64,000 bases of DNA from Sphaerodactylus townsendi (lineage: Eukaryota), in the NCBI RefSeq assembly GCF_021028975.2, contig NC_059429.1, positions 84,692,001 through 84,756,000 of the forward strand, given 5' to 3'. Position numbers and translations under genes: made by a program. A model generated the notes under the pieces. The model was given only the letters and a program-made list of their open reading frames with translations, was not told where the DNA came from and made no database searches. Positions 1 to 11,627 of the stretch are shown piece after piece. How positions within the stretch are numbered: the first letter of the stretch is position 1; each line of letters opens with the position of its first letter.

Positions 1-2000
1 AGAAAGAAAAATGACCTTGGGGAACAGGGTGCAAGGGGGAATGTTCAGCATTCCTGGCTACAGGCATTTTCACCAACCCTCCAAACTTGAGTTACACATG
101 ATGGGGACAGACACAGATTTCAAGACAGCTGCAACATATTATTTGATCCGAAGACTTTTGCAGAAGTACATCGAATAGAAGCAGATCACACAGGAAGAAA
201 TGGGTTTAGAATGAGGGCCCTAGTTTGCCAGGGTGACACTTCTAAAGGAAAATTGCGCTGAAGGTCAACTCTTACCCACTTTGGGGGTTTTTTTGCCTTA
301 TGATCACCCAACCTTCCATTTTTTAAAAACACATATTATGTTTCTTTTCAAGTGATGGTATGCCATGGCTTCAGAATTAACAACAGTGAGCCAAGTTGTC
401 ATCTCTGCAAAGCAAGGAAAGCAGCTACAGGGTAAGCAGGTGGGGTTCAGACCACCTGCTTTCCTGAAACTAATTGAGCAAGGAGAACCTAATTCTTGTA
501 GCCTGTATTGCCTACACTTATGAGCTGCCCAACTGTGCTCAACAAGTTGAAGAGAGAAGGAAATGATAATGTGCATAGAGCCATGAACATGCACTCTGTT
601 ACATCCTCTCTAGTTGCTTGGAAAGCCAGCCTGCTTCTGCTGTCAGGCCTGGCTGCCATTCCTTTTACAAACCCTCTATATGGTTCACACATGCAGGAGA
701 TGGCAATATGGAAGAAGGGTGAGGGGGTAGAATTGGCTGTACCCCCTGCACAATGCAGGTGGAGGATAACAAATTGCCATGCTTCTCTTTGTTTGGAACA
801 CCTTGCTAGTTTTCAGTTGGCATGGGTTTTTTAAAATGTAAAGCAACATTTAAAGTGGAATTCACTACAGCAATCTGATGTGATAACAGCTCATTTACTA
901 TTTCAGCATTCTGCTTGTTGTTCTTGCATGTGTAAATGAGACTGTATATATTTGCCCAAATCTTCCCCAGTATCCTGTGCATACTGGTGAAAATATCTAA
1001 GAACCTCTTTTGAAGAATGGTTTAACATTTTTGCTACTCTTTGATGTTGAAGGATTGTTGAAGAGGATCTCCATATTTATTGAGAGATAATGGTGCTTGT
1101 GATTTACACACATGCTAGTCAACTTAGGACAGACATTTAAACTAGCACACAGTAATACTATTATTGTTATTTTAAAATTGTATTTATGGTTAATATCTCA
1201 TTGGCTTTCAATATTATCCCAGTACTGCAGATGGTGAAGTGATATTGAGAAAGAGAATCTTATTCTTGCTTATCCAGAGAATTCAAGGTTGTTGCAGGGA
1301 TTTAAAACTAGGTTTCTGAGTATATTCTATCCATTAGAGTGGTACAGTTGTTAGACTAGGATCTGGAAGACCTGTGTTTAAATTTGCACTCTGTCATGAC
1401 ATTTCCTAGATGACCTTGGCGTAGTTGGACTCTCCCATCCAAACCCACCTTACAGGAATGTTATCAGGATACAGTGGGGAAGGGTGAGCCAGGAACACCA
1501 TCCTTAACTCCTTGGAAAATAAAAATGCCCTACATAATCACACCCATTGCCTCCCTCTTTCTGTAAGAATATTTCCACCGTCTCAGATTTGTGTTAGTAA
1601 TCAGTACCAAGTTCTACAAGCAAATGGCATGAAGGCTGTTTGAAGCTGCCTTAATATGGGAGCTTTTCTTGTGGGGAGCTGATTATGCACAGTGGATTTC
1701 TGTACACATAGCTCATTGCCAGACTTTGCTTTAAAGAAGTGCCAAAAGGAATGGTTTGTGATAGCAGCTGACAGTGCCTAGTTTGTGGAGATAATTGCTG
1801 CACATCAATAGTTTGACATGTGGACAGCAGCTGCATGAAGTCCCTCTGAGCCATCTTCTGCACTGCTTGTTGATTATATGTATCAGATCTAAGCCATGGC
1901 ACACAGATCACTGGTGGGTCTCAAATTCCTCTTAGGCAAAGGTGCTGATAGGACAAGAAAAGGGCCAAGTAGACTCTTTAAAGTTCCAAGAAAGGATCCT

Positions 2001-2183
2001 NNNNNNNNNNNNNNNNNNNNNNNNNNNNNNNNNNNNNNNNNNNNNNNNNNNNNNNNNNNNNNNNNNNNNNNNNNNNNNNNNNNNNNNNNNNNNNNNNNNN
2101 NNNNNNNNNNNNNNNNNNNNNNNNNNNNNNNNNNNNNNNNNNNNNNNNNNNNNNNNNNNNNNNNNNNNNNNNNNNNNNNNNNN
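2001..2183. other. Assembly gap
   Basis: Run of N. Confidence 1.
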
Positions 2184-3208
2184 GTCATTGCCCCTCTTCC
2201 TAAACTGGATTTGAAGGCATATAATTCACACAGTAGTTAAAATTTTCATTTTTCCTTCGATTGAGGCTGTGAAGGACCTCCCCCCTCCCCCCACACACCT
2301 TCCAATATTACCAAAGCAGAGAAACCACTCTCTAACCCAGCTTTTTCCTGCCTTTTTCCTGTCAGGGACTGAACTGCTTCTAATATGATAGAGTAGATGA
2401 TAAGGAGCTCTCTCCCTCAGCCATGTTATGCTCTCAGAAGGTGAAGAAAGCCTGTTATTTAAAAACATTTCTGGAAAACCCCTGAGGCAGAGATAATTTA
2501 AACAGAATAAAATATTTATTTAACAACAGTGAAGATGGGAATAGGAGATGGTAAAGGAATGTATAAGGCAGCAGAGAGATATACTTACAACAGAGATCTT
2601 TAGTAGAGAAGTGGTATTTATTTTCAGGCACAGTTTAAACAAGTTTCTTCAGTTTTAGTTTGCTTAGATGTTGGATTCAGGTGTTCTAAAGATGGTACAA
2701 TTCCCCTGTGGTTAATGGATTACTTCTCACACTTGCAGGGTCCTATCAGGCTTGATACATTAATTTCAGTACCATCATTGAGTTCCCACAGATAGAAAAC
2801 TCCAAAACTAAAGCATAAAACACTCTAGAGGAAACTCAAAGCAAAACCCAGTACCCCAGACCAGCTGGTATATAGGAATCCTTCCCTCACTGGAAGATTT
2901 ATAAAACATATCAAACAAAAAAAGTAACAAGAAAGAATATCTTTGTTACAACTTTTGAATAGGTAATTTAAAATTGATTAATTTGTGGGTTGATTGTTTT
3001 GGGGTTGTTTATAAACGTACAGGTTGTTAGTGTTTGCCTGGGTCTGATTGTTTTTGTTGTATTGCTGGGAGACCATGAGAGGGTCCTGTGATTACTAGGC
3101 AGGCCTTATGGGAGACACAGATACGGAAATGCTTACTCTCTGTCTGACCTGTGGCCTATGCTATGGGATGTGGGGTGTGGAGTTGGAGGTGTGCACTCTG
3201 TTCCATGG

Positions 3209-5507
3209 ATGGTGTTAATAAATGCAAGGTCCATTATGTTGGAAGGGAAGGAATTTACGCTGTTTCCTGCCTCAACCACAGAGGGTTTTTACTAGTAAGC
3301 CAGAGGTTAGATAGGGACCAAGGGATTGACACATTTACTCTATCTTGCTGGCACTATCCCTTTGATGTTAGACTGATACTCTCAGGGACTTCCTTCCAGC
3401 TGACTCTCGCAATCTCCTTCTTGCTCTCTAACCTTCTACAGCACCATGTGCATAGAGAGGATGGATGCTGAGTGTATCCATCCCTGTTCAGATAGATTAG
3501 ATTAGATTAGATTAGTGAATCTATCTATCTACCTTTCTATCCAGAATGGAGTTCACTAATAAATACTCTTTTTATTAGATTAGAAACTACAAACGACTCC
3601 AATTTGTCTTCGTGCCAAAGCTCACATGCATGTTTGGGAGATGCTTGTGCTGCGCTGCAGCCTCCAGTACACTCTGCTTGTTATGTAAAGGTGTAATCTC
3701 TACAAGGAGATTATCCAACACATTAATAATAAGACTGCTGTTCTCTGGGATTTTCTTGGAGAGCAGGATGTGGACCTTACATGTATCACAGAGACCTGGG
3801 TGAGAGAGGGCAAGACAGTTGCCCTCAATGAGCTCACCCCCAATGACTCCATGGTAGTCCATCAACCTCAGACACAGGGCCGGGGGGGAGGTGTGGCAAT
3901 GGTCGTTTGGTATTCCATCTCCTTTCGGATGTCCTCCATCCCACTGATTGAGGGGATAGAGTACTTAGGCCTCCATTGGGATTCCTTGCAGAAATCAGCT
4001 GTGCTACTGGTGTACCGGTTGCCTAGCATGCCAGTAGACAGCCTGGCGTGGCTCCTTGAGGTGGTCACTGACTGAGCGTTGCAGTTCCCTAACCTAATAA
4101 TGCTGGGGGACTTCAGCGTCCATGTGGATTTGGCTTCTTCCTCAGTGGCCACGCACCTAGTGTCATCCATGGCGATACTAGGTTTCTCCCCAATAAATAC
4201 CGGGATCCCTACTAATCAAGGAAGCCATACTCTTGACCTGATCTTTGCATCGGGTGTGTATGTGGTCCTATCCTCTGCTGACAGAGTGCCGTGGTCTGAC
4301 CACTACGTCCTGAAGGCCCATATTGATACTGCTGTGCCCCCCTGTCAAGGCAATGGGTGGATTTTGGCCCACCCACAGAGGCTTATGGATCCTGAGGGAT
4401 TCCAGAATATCTTGCAAGATGCTCCTACCACTGGTGACTCTCTTGGTGAGCTAGTAGAGAGCTGGGATACCAGACTCTCAGAAGCAATCGAGAGGGTTGC
4501 CCCAAGACATCCTCTCTGTCCCCATGCCAATCCTTGGTATACTGAGATGCTGAGGAGGATGAAACAGGAACTGAGACTGCTTGATCGAGTGTGGTGGCAG
4601 GTCCGTGATGAAAAGACAAGATACTTGTAGAGGATGCTTATGAAATCCTATGAGAGAGCCATGAAGGAGGCAAAGAAAGTTGCTAGCTCATGCATCATCA
4701 CAGCTGCTAGCTCATGCCCGGCACAATTGTTTAATATAATTTGGACTTTGACGACTGCGTCTGTCAGTCCTCAAAATCAAAAATTGGCATTTAGCTGTGA
4801 AGCATTTGCGAGCTTTTCTGCAGACAATATCTTGTCTCTCCGCCAGGCTCTTCTGGCCACTATTGATACAATGGGGAAACTGGAGGCCCCTTGTCCATCT
4901 TTTGGACCAAGTTTTGACCATTTCAGCCTGCTAAATCCCTCCAAGGTGTAAGGCTACTGTCAACTGTAAGATCTACTACTTGTTTTTTTGACGCATGCCC
5001 TTCTTGGCTAGTGAAAGCTAGTAGGGAGGAGTTAAGGAGCCACCTGTTGGCTATTATCAATGGCTCTCTTGAGCAAGGAGTCTTCCCAGGTCAGCTGAAA
5101 AAGGCTGTGGTCTGCCCTTTCTTAAAAGACCAAATTTAAATCCTTCAGATCTGTCCAATTACTGCCCAGTATTGTACCTTCCATTCCTGGGTAAGGTAAT
5201 TGAGAGAACGGTGGTGGATCAGCTCCAGAAGTTCCTGGAAGAAGCTAATGTGTTGGACCCCTGTAAAACAGAGCTGTTCCACCAGGCATTTGGTTGAGGC
5301 TGTCGCATCAATTAGCCTCCTACATAACATCAGCCAGTCTCTCCTCAGGAAAGGGTGTATGTGTGTGTGTGCGAAATATCACTGGCCATGGGGTTTTAGT
5401 GCATTGTATTATAATTTATTAATGTATCTTATTTTAATCTATTAAATGTAAGCCGCTCTGTGCCCTATGGGGGAGAGAGGCATATAAGTTTAGTAATAAT
5501 AATAAAC
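3209..5507 (+). mobile_element. Degenerate L2-clade LINE with internal deletion of the RT core
   Basis: APE endonuclease motifs (LINARSI, CITETW, GRGGGVA, LGDFSVH, TLDLIF, WSDH) and pre-RT region (DACPSWLVK, KKAVVCPFLK) with stops and frameshifts. At about 5262 it joins the ORF2 end CKTELFHQAFG* and an L2-type 3' tail (tgtaagccgc...aataataataaa). May extend 5' to about 2960. Confidence 0.85.
3237..3720. mobile_element. Solo LTR inserted in the L2
   Basis: Termini TGTTGGA...TCCAACA (inverted), 5-bp TSD CATTA (3232-3236 and 3721-3725), internal AATAAA and an (AGATT)n tract. Confidence 0.88.
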
Positions 5508-6721
5508 ACAAATGACATTATCAGAAATTATAAAGTTTGAAGCAAATTTAAAACAGATTGGCAACTCTCTTATGAATGTTGCCCCAGCATGGAAATAAGT
5601 GTGCAGCTGCTTCTTCACCTTCAGCGTGAGCTACGTTCTCTGATTTGCACTAATTTTTACCCTTCTGTCCTACAAGAAACTTATTTAAAAGATTTTTTTT
5701 CTTTTCCTCAATGTCTCAGGTGAGCTGCAAAGGAAAAGGGGAGAGAGGAGATTTAGAATTAAAAGGTGGTGGTTTATTGGGAGAGAAAAGTGGGTTATAC
5801 AGAAGATCACTTTGATTTTTTTTTCAAAAGTCAGTTCTCTGAGACATTCACTCTTTTCTTTCCACAATTTACACATTGAAGAAAACTTGACAGTGGGAAT
5901 CATCCTATGCAATCTACTCAGAAATATGTCCTCTGTGACTCAGTGGGGTTTACTTCTGCAAAAGTGTCCGTAGGACTGCTCTGTTCTATGCTTGAGTCTA
6001 ATATCCAGCCATTTCCTTATTGGGATTAGCATTCGCTCCAAATTCGTCAGGGTGCCATAACTTTAACTGAAAAACCACAATAACTCAAGAGTTACATAAG
6101 TAAGAAGTTAGACAGAAGATAGAAAATGTGGACAAAGGGCACAGTATTCCTTTAGGGAAAGAGTTTGTAACGTAGAGGCCCAGCATTATTTCAGTCAGCC
6201 CAGACGAGAGTTGTCAAAGGAAGCCATGCTTCTGTGAATCCAAAGTACACACAACTCTGTGATACAGAATCTTTCCCTTTGCCCTACTACTTTCCATCTT
6301 CAGACTTGGATCTTACACTGAGTGCACGTGGATTATTATTCCACAGTGTAACATCTGATCAGGAAGTTTTCAGGCCACCATATACAAGAGAACTTCCAAC
6401 GAAAGCAGAAGCAGACACCAGGTTTGCTTACTTGCAGACATCTTCATTATGACAGAGCTTTCCATCTCCTGACTCTGTGTACTGTGTGCCCTTGGTGTTT
6501 ACTTGTTAGCATAACACACCTGGCTGTTGATGAATATGATGTCACCAGCAACTGGACTCTTAGTTGAGACTAGGCTACTTGATGAAGAGAAATGTCTCTG
6601 ATGGGAAGCACCCTGGGTGGCAAAGATGCAATATATTCCACACTTGAAAAACAGTGAACCTTGCTTGGACATGAAGAATTGAAGCTTTTGGAAGTTTCCA
6701 AATAGCTTAAGAATCACTACA

Positions 6722-7020
6722 CTAGCATGGTGTAGTGGTAAAGAGCAGTTGGACTCTAATGTGGAAAACTGGGTTTTATTTCCCTTTCCTCCACTTAAGT
6801 GGTGGACTCTTCTCTGGTGACCAGATTTGCTTCCCCACTCCTACACATGAAGCCTCCTGGGTGACCTTGGGCCAGTCATAGTTCTTCAGAACTCTATCAG
6901 CCCCACCTACCTCACGAGGTGTCTGTTGTGAGGAGAGGAAGGGAAAGGAGTTTGTAAGCTCCTTTGAGTCTCTTTATAGGAGAGAAAGGGGGGATAAATT
7001 CAAGCTCTTTATCTTCTACT
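6722..7020 (+). mobile_element. tRNA-derived SINE (Squam3-like)
   Basis: A-box-like tggtgtagtgg head, body gggtgaccttgggccagtca...cctacctcac, CTT-rich tail; several related copies in the window. Confidence 0.8.
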
Positions 7021-7344
7021 GCTATCCAGAACTTATTCCCAACAGAAATCATTCTCAACAGCACTAAAATAGCATACACACAAAGTCCAAGGCTTAGAAT
7101 CTTTTGGGAGAAAACTGGCAGAAGAAGAATTGAGGACCTGCTCTGCATCTTTCTCCTGATGCAAATGACCCCTCCTCAGGTAACTTGCTAGAGACACCCA
7201 GCAGTTGAGGGCTTCATTAAATTAAGCTGTAATGTTATCTTTATCTTATCCACACATTATATCTACACATCCCAGGGTATCTTTAATGTGTTGTGCACAA
7301 CATTTTCCAGTGTCATGGCCAGCTTTTACTATATCTAATTCATG

Positions 7345-7714
7345 TCACAGTATTCCCCATTATATGTATGGGTACAAAAGTCAGACAATGAAGAAAGCTG
7401 ACAGGAAGAAAGTTGATTCATTTGGTATTGGAGTAGAGTTTTATTGGTGGTCACATTGGACAACCAATACGACCAATCAGTGGGTTCAAGATCAAATCAA
7501 GCTTCCAAAAAAAAAAAGGGCAACCCAGCCATGGCGCTGTGGTTGCACACAGCTGCTGCCCACAAAGAGACTTCCCAGTGGCATGGGGAGGCCAAAAAGC
7601 CTCCCTGCTGCCGTGAAGCCCCAATGGGCTGCACTAATGTTGGCTCAACCCTCTCCCCACTTTGCCTCTCCATCACTTTGTGGAGGCCAGGACACACGCA
7701 CGCACGCACTCACG

Positions 7715-7755
<41 letters not shown>

Positions 7756-8000
7756 GTGGCCAGAGCAATGGCGGTTTTTTGGGGTGAGAGAGAGCCGCCA
7801 CATGGATTTGGCTGCAGCGTCTGTGTGAATGCTCCCCCCCAAAACGGTGTTTTACTGGGCCGAAATTGGTGATTTTGGCCTGTGCAGAATTGGCCTCAGT
7901 CTGCAAGACCTGAGCAAAGTTGTTAATGATAGGACATTTGGGAGGTCATTCATTAATAGAGTTGCTGTAAGTTGGCAACTACTTGATGGCACTTAATGCA
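7345..8000 (+). mobile_element. RTE/Bov-B LINE 3' fragments interrupted by a GC-rich insertion (about 7510-7900) carrying a (CA)n tract
   Basis: TMKKADRKKVDSF...TNQWVQDQIK resembles the RTE ORF C-terminus; 3' end ...gttgctgtaagttggcaactacttgatggcact. Confidence 0.55.
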
Positions 8001-9081
8001 CACATATATGCTCAACATTTACTATATTGTATTGTTTTTAACCCATGTTCCTGTAAGTATAAAGATAGCATAGATTCTAGAAAGAAAAGTCAATGCAATC
8101 GAGATCACAAAAGCTAACATATGCAGCAATCTAATTGTTTGTCTAAGAGAGCCTGTTATGTGTTGTACATAATGCTTGTACTATCTTATCAACTTGTCAA
8201 AGTGTCACTCACAGCTCCATACCATTTAAGGCATAACTGTAACCTCTAATCACTTTTTATAGAAGCTCATCTGCTGACTTAATAATTCGGTTCAAAGGAG
8301 GTCATATTCCAGAAATGCCATTATCATGATACTGAATTGGGTATTATCATATATGTAGACTATAATTGCAAGCTTACTACTTCTTTGAACTAAGTAGTTG
8401 TAATAATACATTGTTGTCTGTTAAAACATGTCACTTATGTAATCCTGGAAGTTCTGGAAAAGATGTTTTGCATTTGGAATTGTTTTTGTTTGTTTGTTTT
8501 AGAGAAAAATAATCCTTTTTAGCCACCATAAATTTCCAAAGATGAGTTCTGTTCCGTGAGATTTTTAGAACTTGGTGAAGTGCCAGGCTAAATAAGCGAT
8601 GGTATTTTCATGACTTTTGCTATGATATAAGCTTAGGTATGTTAGCTTCTGGTCCAACAGGGGGAGATATAGCAAACACTTCGTCAGAGCTTTTGAGTTT
8701 CAAAAAAATCTTTTTCATTCTAGTTTAATTTCATACAAATGTCATGCAAACTCACAAATTCCCTCTCCCTCTTTCTACTCCAAGGGATGAGTTGTGATTT
8801 AGTTCCTCCCACCATATTATATGTATGAATTCAGAACATTTTTAATTCACATAAAAATTTTAAAAGTGGCTAGGAATTTGACCAAAGGAATTCTCTTATA
8901 ATTCTTATATAGTCTTGAATACCATTATTTAAAGCCTTTTAGACCACTCGTCTAAGTTGGAAACTTGGAGTATCTGGTGGTGGTTCCTTTTCTTTTTGGA
9001 GGATATGTTCCTGACAGAAGTGCTGGAAAACATTGTTCTACCCAATAGGAGCTATTCTGTGAAGGTTTAGTTTTGTCTTTG

Positions 9082-10642
9082 GCTGCCAGTTCTTTAGCTG
9101 CTTGTTAGCCTTTCATTACAATTCGAGCCTCACTCAGAGTCCTGACTAGGACATTGTAATGTACTGGTGTAGTATTTGTGCAGATCCCAGTAGAGCTGCC
9201 TTCTGAATCTGAGCAATGTCGATTTTGTCAATTTGAAGATATTTCAAGTGCCGCCCGAGTGAATTCAGAATGGTGCCCAGAGTGCCAATTATTTCTGAGA
9301 CGACCTCAACTGGTATATGCCATAGTCGCTGAATCATGACGACCTCAGCTGGTGCAACAGTCACTGAATCTTGAATTATTATTATCGTTGTTGTTGTTGT
9401 TGTTGTTGTTGTAGAGTTCACAGCTGCCAGATCTTTAGCTGGTTGTTGGCCTTTCTTTACAATTTGAGCCTTACCCAGAGGCCTAGGAAGTTGTAATGTA
9501 TCGGTGTAGAATTCATGCGGATCCCAGCAGGGCTTCCTTCTAAATTTGAGAGAGATCAATTTGAAGATGTTTCAAGTGCTGCTCTAGTGTTTTCGGAATG
9601 GTATTATTATTATGGTAGATTTCACAGCTGCCAGAACTTTAGCTGCTTGTTGGCCTTTCATTAAAATTTAAGCCTCATCCCGAGGCCTAGGATGTTGTAA
9701 TGTATTGGCATAGTATTCATGCAGATCCCTTTTGAATCTGACCAATGTTGATTTTGTCGATTTGAAGAAGTTTTAGGTGCTGACCTAGTGTTTTCAGTAT
9801 GATGCCCAGGGTGCCAATTACCACTGGGATGACCTCAGCCGGTTTGTGCCATAGTCACTGTGTCTCAATTTTCAAATCTGGTTACCTTCTCATGCTCTTT
9901 TTCAACAACCCTGCTGTCACCAGGTACTGCTGCACCACGTACTGCTAATGATAGTCACTATCTTGTCCTTGATCACTGTGATGTCCAGTGTGTTATTATG
10001 TGCCAACACTCTGTCTGTTGGGAATCGAAAGTCTCACAAGATTTCATACAAATGTCATGCAAACTCACAAATTCCCTCTCCCTCTTTCTACTCCAAGGGA
10101 TCTACTCCAACCTTCTCATTTTCCGTGACTTTCTCTGGACAAATTTCCCACCAGTTTTTAGCTGTCCTAATGTTGTAATTCTTGAACACATTCCAGTGGA
10201 TCACTTTGGCCACTGAGTTGTGCCTCTGTTTGTACTCAGTCTGAGTGATCTTCCTTGCACAATTTGCACTTTGCACCATCTTGAGGATTTTTCAATTCTG
10301 ACCTTGATCATGTTTGTCCTAATGGCCTGCTCTTGAGTGGTTAAAATCAGTGATTCAGTTTCCCTTTTGAGAGTTCCAGTTGCTAACCACTGCCAGGTCT
10401 TTTCAATGTCCACCTTGTCCATGGTCTTTGCCATGCAGAGCTTTGTTGTGCCAGCTTTCTGTCCCCATTTTAATCACAGTTTTTCTGTATTCCTTTTTGG
10501 TTTTCTGGGCTTTCAGTAAATGCCTGCTGTTCACTTCAATTAATGTTTGTTCTTGACTTTCATTCACATAACTGGCCAGCGTGTGTTTCTCCTCCTCCAC
10601 TGTTTGCTTTACTTGCAGTAACCCTCTGCCAGGGCAATAGTA
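9082..10642 (-). mobile_element. Three head-to-tail 5'-truncated R4/Dong non-LTR copies (about 9082-9372, 9411-9601, 9615-10642)
   Basis: Each repeats the 3' end of the element at 35222 (gctgccaga/gttctttagctg...) and encodes decayed QIQKAALLGS-like sequence. Copies are separated by (TTA)n/(GTT)n tracts. Confidence 0.85.
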
Positions 10643-11435
10643 GCAAAATGACAAAAGTTAGAACCTCCTTTGGAGGGTGAATGGCTGTACTGTGTTTGAA
10701 ACACTGCTTTGTTAGGCAAATTAACATATTATCAAAGATCCCAGAGAAATAATTTTAAATGTTCAGATAAATTTATTGAGAGTTGGGTACTGCTCACAAT
10801 GCTTGGAATAATAAAGAAAGACATAAAGTACTTCCTTAAGCATTTTTTACTTATAATGTTACCAAAGTGGTGGGAAATTTCTCCCTTTTAGTGTGGGGAA
10901 ATTAGCTGGAGGAGACTCTTGGCTTGCAAAAGTCGGAGTAACATTGGGTCTTGATTGCCTATGTATACAAGAGTCAGCTTTTGTGTGGAAACACACAGGA
11001 GAGTGGATAAAACTTCAATAATTTTTATAGAGGGATAAAAATGGAGTACAGAAGCACACACTAAAACAGCAGAACACACACAGTTCTAGGATATAGATCT
11101 AGAATAGATAAAGAATAGAGAGAGGAGCAATCAAAGTTATAGTCACCTGATCCTGGAGTGGAATGGTCCAATGAACAGAACTGAGCGGCCCACACTTAGT
11201 GGTGGAAATAAAATCACAGTGGAACAGTGGCTGTTTCAGCACAATCTAAATATCCTGGGTTTAGCAAGAGAAATACCCTGTTCCGTACAAGAATTCTGCA
11301 GGCTCCTGGTCCTAAAGCAGATTTGCCCCACAATATTTCCCTCCTCCCAGGGTATTAAAAAATTGCCAAATTGGCAATTCTTTTCCAAAGTTGCGAGGTG
11401 AGCCCACTAGCGTGCGAACACCACAGGAGCAGAAC

Positions 11436-11627
11436 CAGAGGTGGGATCCAACCAGTTCTCACCACTTCTCTAGAAGTGGTTACTAATTTTTTCTGAGTGC
11501 CGAGAAGGGGTTACTAAAGCAACCTCCCTGCCCAATAGGGACTGGAGGTGCGTGTGTGCGGAAGCGCCATTGTTTGAATCCCACCACCATCGGAACCTGT
11601 TATAAAAAATTTTGGATCCCACCACTG
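11436..11627. mobile_element. hAT-type MITE
   Basis: TIRs CAGAGGTGGGATCCA and TGGATCCCACCACTG; perfect 8-bp TSD AGCAGAAC (11428-11435 and 11628-11635). Confidence 0.9.

Noticed and set aside
2420-2950. Possible minus-strand LTR
   Set aside because: No convincing paired termini or TSD.
7232-7906. 198-aa and 142-aa ORFs with HT/CV repeats
   Set aside because: Artefacts of the (CA)n tract and transposon fragments.
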